Of a DNA stretch of 64,000 nucleotides, positions 1 through 12,730 are shown piece by piece. How positions within the stretch are numbered: position 1 is the stretch's first letter; each line of letters begins with the position of its first letter. The notes below the pieces were generated by a model, which saw nothing but the letters and a program-made list of their open reading frames with translations, was not told the DNA's origin and did not search any database. This DNA is from Myxococcales bacterium (GTDB taxonomy: Bacteria > Myxococcota_A > Polyangia > Fen-1088), in NCBI GenBank assembly GCA_022184915.1, contig JAGTJU010000001.1, positions 868,057-932,056 of the forward strand, written 5' to 3'. The position numbers and the translations under genes are program-made.

Positions 1-77
1 TCGGTCAGCACCACCGTGATGCGTGCGGCTCGCGCGCGGAGCTCGGCGGGGGTCAGCAACGTGGCGGGGCTCACCAT
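1..77 (-). CDS. 5' part of KdsC-like HAD phosphatase (runs off window start)
   Basis: ATG at 77 overlaps the SDR stop; translates MVSPATLLTPAELRARAARITVVLT(D), like the KdsC N-terminus before the DxDG motif; the motif itself is outside the window. Confidence 0.55.
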   Translation of the reverse strand, partial: MVSPATLLTPAELRARAARITVVLT

Positions 78-907
78 GCCGTCCAGCCTCCGTCCACGGA
101 AAGCACGGCGCCGGTCACGTACGAAGCCGCATCACTTGCGAGGAATACGGCGGCTCCGGCGATCTCATCGGGCTCTGCCATGCGGCCAAGCGGCGTTCTC
201 GTAGCGTAACGTTCGACGAAATGGGATGCCTGGCCCTGGGCCACGCCGCCCGGACAGATGACGTTTGCGCGCACGCCGCGCGAGGCCCAATAGGTGGCCA
301 CGAAGCGGGTCAGCATCACCACGCCCCCCTTGCTGGCGGCGTAACCGGCCGATTTGAAGAACGCCTGGGTCCCGTCGGGCCGCTCATAGAGCCGTTGATC
401 GGGCGCCACCAGGCCGTAGGTCGAGCCGATGTTGACGATGCTGCCGCGGCCTCGCCGGGCCATTTCGGCCCCCAGGATCTGGCAGGTGAGGAAGCTGCCC
501 GTGAGGTTGACGTCGAGCTGGGATTGCCAGAGTGCCAGGGGATAGGACTCAAAGCGCGATTGCTCGGCCGCCGCGCCTTCGTCGAAGCGGTCGTTGATCG
601 CGGCGCTGTTCACCAAGATATCGATGCCGTCGAAGGCGTTGAGCGTGCGCACGCGCAGCGCTTCGATCGAGCGGCCTTCGGCCACGTCGAGCCCTGCGCC
701 CACGACGTCAGCCCCCGTGGCTTCGACCAAGGCCGCCGCGAAGGTGCGGGCTTGCTCTTCGTCGAGATCGGCGGCTACCACGCGGGCGCCCGCTCCGGCG
801 AGAGCCGCACAAAACCGCTGACCCAGAAGGCCGCAGGCGCCGGTGACGATCGCCACGCGGCCGTCGAGGGAAAAACGCGCGTTTTCGGGATAGACCTGTC
901 TTGCCAT
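71..907 (-). CDS. SDR family oxidoreductase
   Basis: TGACGLLG Rossmann motif, YAASK catalytic motif, VDGGWTAW end; start moved to ATG 907, 2 nt after the upstream stop. Confidence 0.9.
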   Translation of the reverse strand: MARQVYPENARFSLDGRVAIVTGACGLLGQRFCAALAGAGARVVAADLDEEQARTFAAALVEATGADVVGAGLDVAEGRSIEALRVRTLNAFDGIDILVNSAAINDRFDEGAAAEQSRFESYPLALWQSQLDVNLTGSFLTCQILGAEMARRGRGSIVNIGSTYGLVAPDQRLYERPDGTQAFFKSAGYAASKGGVVMLTRFVATYWASRGVRANVICPGGVAQGQASHFVERYATRTPLGRMAEPDEIAGAAVFLASDAASYVTGAVLSVDGGWTAW

Positions 908-909
908 CC

Positions 910-3241
<2,332 letters not shown>

Positions 3242-3259
3242 AGGGCTCCTTTGGGGCTT

Positions 3260-4120
3260 TCAGCGAACGATGAGAGGGGCGGACGTGAGGTGTGCCGGGG
3301 CGTGTCCGGCAAGCTCGTCACGCAGCATGGCCACCTCTTCGTCGCGCAGGCGCACGAACCAGCGGTCGGCACGGTTCTCGAGGCTCGGCAGGCCCTTGCC
3401 GCGCACGGTATGGGCGATCACCACCTGGGGGCGTCCCGTGGGTATGAGGTTCGTGAAGGTGCGCTCGAGATCGTCGAAGTCATGCCCATCCACCTCGCGC
3501 ACGCTGCACCCGAAAGCCTGAAACTTGGCCGCGAGGGGCTCGAGCGGGATCAGGGCCTCGGTGGCTTCATTGGCTTGAAACCCATTGCGATCGACCACGG
3601 CCACCAGGTTGTCGAGCCCGTGCGCGGCGGCCACCAGGAGGCCCTCCCAGATGCTGCCCTCGTTGAGTTCGCCATCGCCCAAGATCACGAAAACCCGGTT
3701 CGACGTGCCCCGGAGCTTCATGTCGAGCGCCACGCCGATGCCCACGGAGAGCAAGTGACCGAGCGAGCCTGAATGAAACTCGATGCCCGGGATGCTCCGG
3801 TTCGGATGCCAGTACACGTGATCGGTGGGGTCGAGGTGACGCGCGAGCCGCTCCCGCTCGATGAGGCCCAGCTCGGCGAAGGTGCCGTAAAGAGCAGGCA
3901 CATCGTGGCCCTTCGAGAGCAGAAGGTAGTCCCGCCCGGGATCCGTGAGGTTCTGCGGGTCGAGCGCAAGCACACGGCTATAAAGGTGAACCAGCAGGTC
4001 GGCACACGAGAGCGAGGCGCCAATGAAGCATCCACCGCCGCCCGCCATGCCGATGATGTGCTCGCGCACGCGCAGGGCGGTGGCCTGAAGATGGGCCTTG
4101 TCGTACGTCAGAGATCTCAT
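3260..4120 (-). CDS. transketolase N-terminal (TPP-binding) subunit
   Basis: LSKGH, GSLGH, GDGELNEGSIWE TPP motif, VDGHD. Confidence 0.9.
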   Translation of the reverse strand: MRSLTYDKAHLQATALRVREHIIGMAGGGGCFIGASLSCADLLVHLYSRVLALDPQNLTDPGRDYLLLSKGHDVPALYGTFAELGLIERERLARHLDPTDHVYWHPNRSIPGIEFHSGSLGHLLSVGIGVALDMKLRGTSNRVFVILGDGELNEGSIWEGLLVAAAHGLDNLVAVVDRNGFQANEATEALIPLEPLAAKFQAFGCSVREVDGHDFDDLERTFTNLIPTGRPQVVIAHTVRGKGLPSLENRADRWFVRLRDEEVAMLRDELAGHAPAHLTSAPLIVR

Positions 4121-4929
4121 CAGTCGTCCTCGAAGAGCACGGTCTGGCGCCGGCTCACCGTGCGTAGATCGGTCAAGTGATTGCGGTACCAGTTGACGCC
4201 GGCGAGGTGGGCGTTGATGCGGAACACCTCGGGGTTGTGGGCCACGTGCCGCAGGATGCTGGCCAGCGAAAAGGGCGTCGCGTCGGGCTTGTAGAGGGCC
4301 TCGTAGATCGCGCGAATGAAGTCGTAGTCTTCGGGGTAATCGATCGTGAACCTGTGGGTCATCGAGTAGTCGAGTCCCGTTTCCCAGGCGACGTTGCCGA
4401 CGCGGTAGCGCTCGGGCTGGTCCCAGACGAAGGGGGTCGTGTGCTCGCGCTCGTGCGGGCGCTTGGCCTCGGCGTGGGCCTCTTCGAGCACCGCCATGGG
4501 CAAAACCTCGACGTCGTTACCGTCGGGATAGGTGGCGGGGTGTAGGTTCGAAACGAAGTCGAAGCGATCGTGGTTCGACAAAAAGTGGGACACGACCCGA
4601 TCGATGATGCGGGGATCGATGAGCGGGCAGTCGGAGGGAATCTTCACGACCACCTCGGCCTCGTGCACCCGCCCCGCTTGCACGTGCCGATCGAGAAGAT
4701 CCGTCGGGTGTCCCGAAATACAAGGAACCCCAAGCACGCGCGCCAGCTCCCGGATGGGCTCGTCCTTCGCCTCGAAGGTGGTGGCCACCACCACCTGCTG
4801 CAGCGTCGTTGCGGCGCGCACCCGCTCGAGCATGCGCGCCAGGAGCGGCGCGCCCATGAGGGGCTTGAGCACTTTGCCCGGAAAGCGTGAGGAGCCCACC
4901 CGGGCCTGAACCACGGCCACGACCCTCAT
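4120..4929 (-). CDS. SpsF-like cytidylyltransferase
   Basis: QARVGSSRFPGKVL, DCPLIDP, REHTTP, RFTIDYPED; start at MRVVAVV (4929). Confidence 0.88.
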   Translation of the reverse strand: MRVVAVVQARVGSSRFPGKVLKPLMGAPLLARMLERVRAATTLQQVVVATTFEAKDEPIRELARVLGVPCISGHPTDLLDRHVQAGRVHEAEVVVKIPSDCPLIDPRIIDRVVSHFLSNHDRFDFVSNLHPATYPDGNDVEVLPMAVLEEAHAEAKRPHEREHTTPFVWDQPERYRVGNVAWETGLDYSMTHRFTIDYPEDYDFIRAIYEALYKPDATPFSLASILRHVAHNPEVFRINAHLAGVNWYRNHLTDLRTVSRRQTVLFEDD

Positions 4930-5993
4930 GCTGACAGCTCCAGGTTGGCGGTTGCCAGGCCGCTCTGCCACGGCTCGCGGGCCGGGGCTTCGTCCATCAC
5001 CGTGCGACAGACCTGCGCGATGAGCTTCGCCGCACTTCGGTTCTGAACCGGAAGCAGCCGCGCGAGCTCTTCGGGGCGGTAGTGGCTGTGCACCTCTTTG
5101 CCCAAAGCCAGGCCCACGAAGGCGAGCGTGGAGTACTGGCAGACGAGCACCGCGCAGTTGGCCACCATCTGCTCTGCCGAGCCCGTCGTGTAGACCCGGG
5201 CGTGAGGGGCCATGTGCGCGATCTCGCGCTGGGCCCGCTCCCAGTCCTCGTTGGGGTGGAGCTTGAAGATGAGGGGGCGCCCCGCAGCAATGGCAAGGGC
5301 CCGTTCCAAAAAGCGCTTGCGGCTATCGAGCTTCAACGTCTCGCGGGCGTCCGACGTGCACACGAGCACGTAGTCGCGGTGCGGAAAGTCGTTGGCGTGG
5401 TACTCGGCGCAGTCGTCGAAGTTCGGGATGCCGGTGACCACCATCTTGTCGGGATCGGCGCCTCGCCGGGCGAAGAGGTCCTTGTAGCCTTGGCTTGCCA
5501 CACAGAAACGGTCGTAAGCGTTCGACGTGCCCGTCCAGGTGGTTCCCGCCGCCCACCGCGGCACGAAGGGAAACACGCGGCGCGCCCAGTACCAGAAGTT
5601 TTCGGGATCGGTGATCCCCTCCTGCACGGCCACCAGGCGCGAGCGCCTCGCGTTGCGCGGCACGATCACGTCGGAGCAGGTGACCGTGAGATCGTAGGCG
5701 TGCGTGCGGCCTTCGTAGTCCACGGACAGTCCGGCGCGCCTGCAGTAGCGAAGGGCTTCTTTGCGACGGCGCCACCCCAAGATCGTGAACTCGAGCATGC
5801 CGGCCTTGCGGAACCACTCGAGCAGGCCGTCACAGTAGTAGGGCGAGTAGTGCGCCTCCCAGTCCGGAAGCTCCTGCGCGATCTTGTGCATCTGGCGCGT
5901 TTGGTTGAGGGAGCCACAGATGAACAACACGCGGGGCCGGTGCTGCATGCGCCGTCCGGTGGGGGCAGAAGTTGAAGCCACGAAGTCATCCAT
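4926..5993 (-). CDS. GT-B fold protein (UDP-GlcNAc 2-epimerase / CMP-sugar transferase-like)
   Basis: VVTGIPNFD, IFKLHPNE and YSTLAFVGLALGKEV patterns typical of GT-B capsule enzymes; operon position. Confidence 0.6.
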   Translation of the reverse strand: MDDFVASTSAPTGRRMQHRPRVLFICGSLNQTRQMHKIAQELPDWEAHYSPYYCDGLLEWFRKAGMLEFTILGWRRRKEALRYCRRAGLSVDYEGRTHAYDLTVTCSDVIVPRNARRSRLVAVQEGITDPENFWYWARRVFPFVPRWAAGTTWTGTSNAYDRFCVASQGYKDLFARRGADPDKMVVTGIPNFDDCAEYHANDFPHRDYVLVCTSDARETLKLDSRKRFLERALAIAAGRPLIFKLHPNEDWERAQREIAHMAPHARVYTTGSAEQMVANCAVLVCQYSTLAFVGLALGKEVHSHYRPEELARLLPVQNRSAAKLIAQVCRTVMDEAPAREPWQSGLATANLELSA

Positions 5994-5996
5994 CGG

Positions 5997-7184
5997 TCAC
6001 CTTCTTTTCACGAAGTGAAGCGCCGCGGCCGCGACGATCCAGAAAACTTCTTTCGAACGTTTTGTGAACGCGAGCGCCGTCGCCGCGCCCGGGGCGCCAG
6101 GAACACCCAGAAGCTCGAGGAGCACGAACGAGCCCATCTCCTGGGCGCCGAGTCCGGCAGGGAGAAAGAAGGCCGCCGCGCGAATCGTCGAAACGAGAGA
6201 CTCCAGGAGAAGGGCGCTCGAGAAGGAGAGGGACACACCCAAAAGCCGCAGGATGACGTAGGTCTCGAGAGCCTCCATCAGCCACTGGCCGAGCGTGAAC
6301 ACCAGGCCGAACCCACAGGTGGTGTTGCCGCCCACGCCGAAGAAGCGAGAGAAGCTTCCCGCCGTGGCGTCGAACATGTGGGCCTTGTCACTGAGCCAAC
6401 GCCGAAAGCGCGGTACCGGGACCCGCGTGAGCGCACCGTGCACGAGGCGCAGGGCCAACCCGCCCCTCAGGGTGTGCAGCAGCCACATGCCCGCCAGCAG
6501 GAGGCCTGCGCCGAGCAGAGGCACGGAGCGCCACACCCAATGCGCGGGCCCGGTCAAGGTGGCAGCCGTTTCGCTCCAGGTGGTGTAGGCCAAGGCGAAC
6601 GCGAGCAGGATGTAAAGGCCCTCGGCCTGCACGATGAAGGCCTTCGTCAACGCCACGCTGGCCGTGCCTTCGGCGTAGGGAACGCCCAGGCGATGGCGCA
6701 GCCAGTAGGGCTTGCAGGTTTCTGCCAGCACAGGGCCTCCCGGCACGGCGACGACGACGGCCTCGGCCGCCACACGCAAGCGCAGCAGAGGAAAAAAGCG
6801 CGTGACGTAGCCGAGCTGGAACAAGGTGACTTGCCACGCCGCCGTGGCGCACACCATCGAACCCGCGAAGGGCAAAAGCACGAGAGGCCAGGCGTACCCG
6901 ATGTTGCCAAGCCGGGTGAGTGCGGTGGACCAGTCGCCGCGCGCCGCCAGGATCACGACGGCCGCTACGGCCACGCCCGCCATCAGCCAGCGCCAGGCCC
7001 GAATACGCGTGGCGGGAGCCGCAGGAGCGAGGGCGTCGGCTTCTAGCGATGCGGAATCATCCGCGCGGGAGGCGAGCGCGGTCTCGGGGCCGAGAGGCTG
7101 AAGGGTTGAAAGGGTCACGCGGTCAATGAGTAGGGAAGAGAGGAAGCCACGGAGCCCCATGCCGGCTGCCGCTGCGCCAGCCAA
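5997..7184 (-). CDS. lysylphosphatidylglycerol synthase TM / flippase-like membrane protein (HpnL-like)
   Basis: multiple TM helices, PAGLGAQE motif; true start uncertain and probably downstream of 7184. Confidence 0.75.
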   Translation of the reverse strand: MAGAAAAGMGLRGFLSSLLIDRVTLSTLQPLGPETALASRADDSASLEADALAPAAPATRIRAWRWLMAGVAVAAVVILAARGDWSTALTRLGNIGYAWPLVLLPFAGSMVCATAAWQVTLFQLGYVTRFFPLLRLRVAAEAVVVAVPGGPVLAETCKPYWLRHRLGVPYAEGTASVALTKAFIVQAEGLYILLAFALAYTTWSETAATLTGPAHWVWRSVPLLGAGLLLAGMWLLHTLRGGLALRLVHGALTRVPVPRFRRWLSDKAHMFDATAGSFSRFFGVGGNTTCGFGLVFTLGQWLMEALETYVILRLLGVSLSFSSALLLESLVSTIRAAAFFLPAGLGAQEMGSFVLLELLGVPGAPGAATALAFTKRSKEVFWIVAAAALHFVKRR

Positions 7185-7328
7185 GGTGTCACGGGCATGC
7201 GCTCGCTCCGGTGGCGCCCGTGCAACATGGGCGTGACGGCCTCGCTTCGTGCGCTTGCCAACGCGTCACAAACGGGCCGAAATTGTGACGGTCACATCGT
7301 CGTGGCCTGGTAGGTGAGTGCGTGCCTC

Positions 7329-8516
7329 ATGCGCTCCAACACTTCCCTCACGGTCGTCGACGTCTCGAGTTTCTTCTCGACGTCGTGTGGTGGCATCAAG
7401 CGGTATTATCAGGAGAAGGCCCGGCATCTGCCGGCCCTGGGTGTGACGTGCCACTTCGTGGTGCCGGGTGAGTCCGATCGCGACGAGCCCTTCTTTGGAG
7501 GTTGGCTGCATCACGTGGCGGGACCGTTGCAGCCAGGCAACGCGGCTTACCGCCGCTTTAGCTTCAGCTCGCGGCTGCCCCAGCTTTTGCGCTCACTTGC
7601 GCCCGATGTCGTGGAGGTGGGCAGCCACTATCTTCTGCCGACGATGGTGCGCCGGGCGTTTGCGGCCTCGCCCCGCAGGCCGCGGCTGGTGGGGTTCTTT
7701 CACAGCCATCCCGAGCAGATCGTGCAAAACGTGACGGCACACTTGCCAAGGCGTCTCGGCACCGGGTGGCTCGGGCGTCGTGCGTGGTCGTTCTTTGCGC
7801 GCCAACACAAGTCTTACGCGTCGACCTTCGTGGCGTCGCGGCACATCGAAGCGCAGCTCGTGTCGCGACGGGTGCCCGGGGTGCTGCGGGTGGGGCTGGG
7901 CGTCGACGTACAAACCTTCCGCCCGCGCCCAAAAGCCGAAGGGAGCCCCAATGTGATCTACGCGGGGCGCTTCACGATCGACAAGGAGCTGCCGTTGCTG
8001 CTCGCGGCCTTCGATCAGGTCCACACGCGCACGGGGGCGGGCTTGACCCTCGTGGGAGATGGGCCGTTGAAGGGGCGGGTTCGCCAGCACGCGGCGTCGC
8101 GGCCGTGGATGCGGGTGCTCGACTATGTCGCCTCCGTGGACGACATGGCGCGCTTGTTGAGCGAGAGCACCGCCGTGGTCGTGCCCAGCCAGACGGAGAC
8201 CTTCTCCTTTACCACCGCGGAGGCTTTGGCCAGTGGCGTGCCCGTGGTGGGGGCCGATCGCGGGGCGGTGCGCGAGCTCGTGGAAGACAGCGGGGGGGGC
8301 GTGCTCTTCAAGGCGGGGGAGGCGCGCGGCTTGGCGCACGCCCTCGAGGGGCTGCTGGCAGCGCCCGCCGGGGCGCGGACCGCGATGGGGGCCGCAGGGC
8401 GTGCCCACATCGTCAAGGACTTCACGTGGCCGGCGGTGTGTGAGCGCCTGCGAGCGGCCTATGACGATGTGATTCACCCAGGTTCGAGCCCTGCCGGGGC
8501 CTCTGCTGCCCCCTGA
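7329..8516 (+). CDS. GT4 glycosyltransferase
   Basis: GGIKRY, YAGRFTIDK, LVGDGP, PSQTETFS..AEALASGVPVV. Confidence 0.88.
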   Translation: MRSNTSLTVVDVSSFFSTSCGGIKRYYQEKARHLPALGVTCHFVVPGESDRDEPFFGGWLHHVAGPLQPGNAAYRRFSFSSRLPQLLRSLAPDVVEVGSHYLLPTMVRRAFAASPRRPRLVGFFHSHPEQIVQNVTAHLPRRLGTGWLGRRAWSFFARQHKSYASTFVASRHIEAQLVSRRVPGVLRVGLGVDVQTFRPRPKAEGSPNVIYAGRFTIDKELPLLLAAFDQVHTRTGAGLTLVGDGPLKGRVRQHAASRPWMRVLDYVASVDDMARLLSESTAVVVPSQTETFSFTTAEALASGVPVVGADRGAVRELVEDSGGGVLFKAGEARGLAHALEGLLAAPAGARTAMGAAGRAHIVKDFTWPAVCERLRAAYDDVIHPGSSPAGASAAP

Positions 8517-8672
8517 GGGTGCTTTGTGGGCCGCGTGCGCGCAGCTCCCGTCACAAACCTGCAGAGCTGCCACGGAGTCGTGGCCCATTCGTCAAAAATG
8601 CCGCGTTTCTTGTCGCAAAAAGGCGACCTCGCCCACCGTGTTCAGCCTGTAATTGAGGGGGAGAGATCTTCC

Positions 8673-10130
8673 ATGGTGTCGTTGCCCTTACGAAACGAAA
8701 GCACTTTGGCGCTCGCCTCCCCGGCGGCGCCCGGTTGGCCCCATCACATCGGCATCTTGAATGACTATGTGCGCATCCCGTATGCGAACGGGTCGTCGTT
8801 TGCATCGCAGCGCCTTTACCGGGAGTTCCGTCGGCGTGGGCATACGGTGACGGTGCTTGGCCCGCGTGACCCCGCGGCTGGGCCAGGTGATCTGCCCGCC
8901 CGCAGCTTGATGCTGCCCAGCCTTCCGCTCGAGAATCATCCGGGCGTCTATCTGCCCATGCCTTCGAGGGCCTCGCTCAAGGCCGCCCGACAGCAACACT
9001 TCGACCTACTTCTCTGTCAGACCGGCTCGGCCTTCACGGAGCTGGCCGTGTGGCTGCGCAAGACGGAGCGTGTGCCGTTTTTGTGCGTGAACACGATCCA
9101 CCTCCCCAGCGTTTACAACGTGGTGTTGCCCGATGGTTGGCATGACGTGCCTCGGGTGCGCGCGCTTTTCGAGCGTTTCGTGATCCCGCGGCTCGAGCGG
9201 CAGGCCGCACGGATCTACAACCGCAGTGATGGGCTCATCGTGCTGTCGCGGGGGCTCGAGATGTACTGGCGTGCCCGCGGGGTGACTGCGCCCATCTTCG
9301 TGATTCCCCGCAGCGTCGATGTGGACATGTTTGCCGAGCGGGGCCAGTCGGATCCCTTCGACCCCCGCGCCACCCCGGGCGGGCGCCTGCTGGTGTTGTG
9401 TCGCCACACGCGCGAAAAGGGGCTGGCGCGGCTCCTTCAGATCTTCGCCACGGAGATCGCGCCGCACAGTCCCGACGCCACCTTGACCCTGGTAGGTGAC
9501 GGACCCGATCACGATGCCTTCAAGGCGTTGGCCAAGTCACTGAAGATCGATGATCGCACGTTTTTCCCCGGCGAGTGCAGCGCGGCCTCTGCGCCGGCCT
9601 ACTACCGACATGCGGATCTCTTCGTGTACACGTCCTTGTCGGAGACCTACGGTCAGGTGGTGAGTGAAGCCGCCTTCTGTGGGCTTCCGGCGGTGGCCCT
9701 GGCAGACGACATGGGCGTCAGCCACCAGATCGAACACGAGCGGACGGGTATTCTCATCACGCCCACGCCCGAGCCCGCCGCCGATCGCGCGTTCGGAGAG
9801 GCCGTGTGTCACCTGCTCGCGAACCCCTTGCGCCGCCGCGCCTTTGCGGAAAGCGCCCGTCGCAGCGCCTTCGATCGTTGTGGCCCTGCCCAGGCGGTCG
9901 AACGGCACTACGCGGCCTTCGAGGCAGCCCGCAGCCACTGTCAGGCGCAGGAAACGCGCGACGAGCCTCTGGGGACGTGGCGAGCCCTGTCACGCTGGGC
10001 GGGGCTTCATGCCCTCGCGTACCTGACCGGGCTCCTGCGGGCGCCCGCGGTGGTGAACCGTCACAAGCGTCAAGCGCCGCCCTGGGACGAGGGGATCGAG
10101 GGGGCGCTTGGGCCCCTGTGCGCACCCTGA
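8673..10130 (+). CDS. GT4 glycosyltransferase (diacylglycerol glucosyltransferase-like)
   Basis: NGSSFAS, REKGL, LVGDGPD, ADLFVYTSLSETYGQVVSEA; purine-rich RBS before ATG 8673. Confidence 0.85.
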   Translation: MVSLPLRNESTLALASPAAPGWPHHIGILNDYVRIPYANGSSFASQRLYREFRRRGHTVTVLGPRDPAAGPGDLPARSLMLPSLPLENHPGVYLPMPSRASLKAARQQHFDLLLCQTGSAFTELAVWLRKTERVPFLCVNTIHLPSVYNVVLPDGWHDVPRVRALFERFVIPRLERQAARIYNRSDGLIVLSRGLEMYWRARGVTAPIFVIPRSVDVDMFAERGQSDPFDPRATPGGRLLVLCRHTREKGLARLLQIFATEIAPHSPDATLTLVGDGPDHDAFKALAKSLKIDDRTFFPGECSAASAPAYYRHADLFVYTSLSETYGQVVSEAAFCGLPAVALADDMGVSHQIEHERTGILITPTPEPAADRAFGEAVCHLLANPLRRRAFAESARRSAFDRCGPAQAVERHYAAFEAARSHCQAQETRDEPLGTWRALSRWAGLHALAYLTGLLRAPAVVNRHKRQAPPWDEGIEGALGPLCAP

Positions 10131-12604
10131 GCGGAGGGTACGAGCCGGAGCAGGGCGGGCAAGAACACGAGGTTGGCCACGAGCGCACTGCCGAGCGCCA
10201 TGAGGGCCAAGGAGCCCAAAGAAGCGATGCCGGGGTTCTCGGCCGCGATCAGGCTTCCGAAGGCTGCCAAGGTGGTCAGCGTGGAGCCTGCGATCGCGAA
10301 GGCCGCCGTATGCCGGGCCGTGCGCGGCCCTTCGGCAGGCAACCACACGAGGTAGATGGCGCCGTCCACGCCGAGGCCGAAGGCGAGGGGCAGCACGATG
10401 AGGTTGTAGAGGTTCACCTTCACCCCAAAGGCGACGGCGATCCCCAAGGTGAGCACCATGGCCATCGCGAGAGGCGTGAGCACGAGCAACGTGCGCCGCA
10501 GCGAGCGCCCCATGAGCCATGTGCCCAGCGCAAGGCCCGCAAACGCCAGGCCCAAGATGAGGGGGGTGTCCGCGGCGAGCCCAGGAACCACCTCGCCCAC
10601 CTGCGCAGCCGGTGAGGCAAAGACAACGTGAGGAAAGGCCTGGCGCCAGCGCGCCATCTGCGAGGCCAGCCGCTGCATCTGGCGGGCGTCCGCGCCGCTG
10701 AGGTCGGTGTAGATGATGCCAAGCGAGCCCACCTGTCCGTTCCGTTCGACCAGCCAGTCCGCCACCCAGGGAGGCGCTTGCTCCACGGAAAAGGGCTGGT
10801 TTACGGCCACAAGGGGCGCCCATGTCGTCGTGAAGGCGCGTTGCTGCTCATCGCTCATGAACGGCACGGCCTCCTCGAGCGCAACACGTAGCCGCGCCAG
10901 CGCTGCGAGGCGGGCGCTTTGGTCGCGGGGAATGAAGCTCTCCGCCGTCACGAGCCAGGGCTCATCGGGGTTCGCCACCCCTTCGGGGCCCTGGGCCCGC
11001 AGCCGCTCCGCCACGGAGCGCATCTCGTCCCGGGAGCGCGCCAGCACGAACACCGGCACACGGGTGGTGCCGTGAAGGGCCTTGCCCCAGGGCAGGCCGT
11101 GGCTGACGCGGGAGGGGCGCAAGCGACGAAAGTCGTACTCGAACCCGATGCGCGTGGCCGCAAGACCCCCGGCGATCGTCACGACGAGGGCCACGGCCAC
11201 CACGATGCGGGCGCGGCGTTTCGTGCCCCGCACGCACGCGTCGAGCCAGCTGAAGACCCCGAGCCCCCGCAGGCGAAAGCGAAGAGGGCGTTCGGACCAC
11301 ACCCGATCCGTGGCGAAGACGAGCGGGGGCATGACCACCAGGAAGGCGGTCATGGAGATCACCACACCAAGCCCCGCCATGAGGCCCATCTGCGAAAAGC
11401 CACGGAAGCGTGCGGCGCTCAGGGCGGCGAATCCACACGCCGTCGTGGCGGTGGCGGTGACCATGGCGTTGCCCACGTGCACGAGCGTTTCGGTCAGGGC
11501 CGAAGCCAGGGGCTCGCCGCCCGCGCGGCGCTGGCTGTAATGAATGAAGAGGTGGATGCCGTAATCGATCCCCAGCCCCGCCAGCAGGGACAGCCCAAAG
11601 GCGCTGAGCAGGTTGAGCTGCGGATGCACAAGGCCGATGAGCCCCAGCGTCCACGCGATGCCTGCCACCAACGGCACGAGCAGCAACCACAGAATCCTCA
11701 ACGAGCGAAACTGCACCAACATCAGCAGCACGATGAGCCCCGCGCCCAGCAAGGTGGTGCGGCGGAGATCGTTCGACACGATCTGTTTTTCCATCGGGGC
11801 GTTGCGATAGGGGCCGCTCACCTCCAAACGAAGGCCGGAGGGCGCGTGGGGCGGCCTCAGCTTGGCGAACAGCGCCTCGGCCCGCTGGCTCATCGCCGTG
11901 GCGAAGCCCAGGTTGTCCGGATCCCCTCGCAGCGACGCTTCCACCGCGCACACCTGCCCATCGGGTGAACAGAGCGTGCCGGCCGGCGGCTTGCTCGTGC
12001 CGGTCGGTGCCGCATCCGCGGACGGGGCGGTGCTGTCCGCCCCCAAAAGGCCCAGCATCGCCTTGACGTTCGCGTCGTCGCGGAACGCCGCCCGTACCTC
12101 GGCCGCATCGGGCAAGGGCGGGCGCGTGTCGAGCGTGACACACATGGGGTTGGCTTCGCAGCGTTCCCACGTCAGCCGTTCCTGCACGCGCGTGGCGAAG
12201 CCATCGAGGGTCTCGGGCGGAAGAAAGAGCAAGCGCCGCTCGAGAAAGAAGCGGGGATCGCGTTTGGCCACGGCCCATCGTGTCTCGGGCCAGGCACGCA
12301 GTTCCTCGGCGAGGCGTTCGGCCAGGCGCATGTTGAGCGCGGGATCGCTCGAGGCGACCACGAGATACAGTGAGGCCGTGCTGCGCACCCGCTGTTTGAG
12401 CGTGGCGATCGCTTCCTGTGAAGGGCTCTCTGCCGGCAATAGTGCGGTGAGCGACGGATCGATGACGATGCGCCGGGCCGAAAAGACCCCTGCCGCGACC
12501 AGCACGCTCCACAGTGCCAAGAAGGCGAGGGGGCGGCGCTGCGCGCTTTTGACGTAGGCGGTTGCGAGGCGGCGCCAGGAAAATCGAAAGGTCACGGGCG
12601 GCAA
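10070..12604 (-). CDS. MMPL/RND family lipid transporter (HpnN-like)
   Basis: two repeats with GLGIDYGIHL and GLGVDGAIYL, STLTTLAAFGSL. Confidence 0.9.
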   Translation of the reverse strand: MPPVTFRFSWRRLATAYVKSAQRRPLAFLALWSVLVAAGVFSARRIVIDPSLTALLPAESPSQEAIATLKQRVRSTASLYLVVASSDPALNMRLAERLAEELRAWPETRWAVAKRDPRFFLERRLLFLPPETLDGFATRVQERLTWERCEANPMCVTLDTRPPLPDAAEVRAAFRDDANVKAMLGLLGADSTAPSADAAPTGTSKPPAGTLCSPDGQVCAVEASLRGDPDNLGFATAMSQRAEALFAKLRPPHAPSGLRLEVSGPYRNAPMEKQIVSNDLRRTTLLGAGLIVLLMLVQFRSLRILWLLLVPLVAGIAWTLGLIGLVHPQLNLLSAFGLSLLAGLGIDYGIHLFIHYSQRRAGGEPLASALTETLVHVGNAMVTATATTACGFAALSAARFRGFSQMGLMAGLGVVISMTAFLVVMPPLVFATDRVWSERPLRFRLRGLGVFSWLDACVRGTKRRARIVVAVALVVTIAGGLAATRIGFEYDFRRLRPSRVSHGLPWGKALHGTTRVPVFVLARSRDEMRSVAERLRAQGPEGVANPDEPWLVTAESFIPRDQSARLAALARLRVALEEAVPFMSDEQQRAFTTTWAPLVAVNQPFSVEQAPPWVADWLVERNGQVGSLGIIYTDLSGADARQMQRLASQMARWRQAFPHVVFASPAAQVGEVVPGLAADTPLILGLAFAGLALGTWLMGRSLRRTLLVLTPLAMAMVLTLGIAVAFGVKVNLYNLIVLPLAFGLGVDGAIYLVWLPAEGPRTARHTAAFAIAGSTLTTLAAFGSLIAAENPGIASLGSLALMALGSALVANLVFLPALLRLVPSAQGAHRGPSAPSIPSSQGGA

Positions 12605-12730
12605 GAGCAGCGCACCTGCAGGGCAGGGTCAACGGCGTACTGGAAACTCTTTCGTGGCAATTGTGACGAGTTCGCAGCACTCGTGAGGCCACGGCGCACG
12701 GTGCACGTTCGCGTGCCAGGATGCGCGCGC

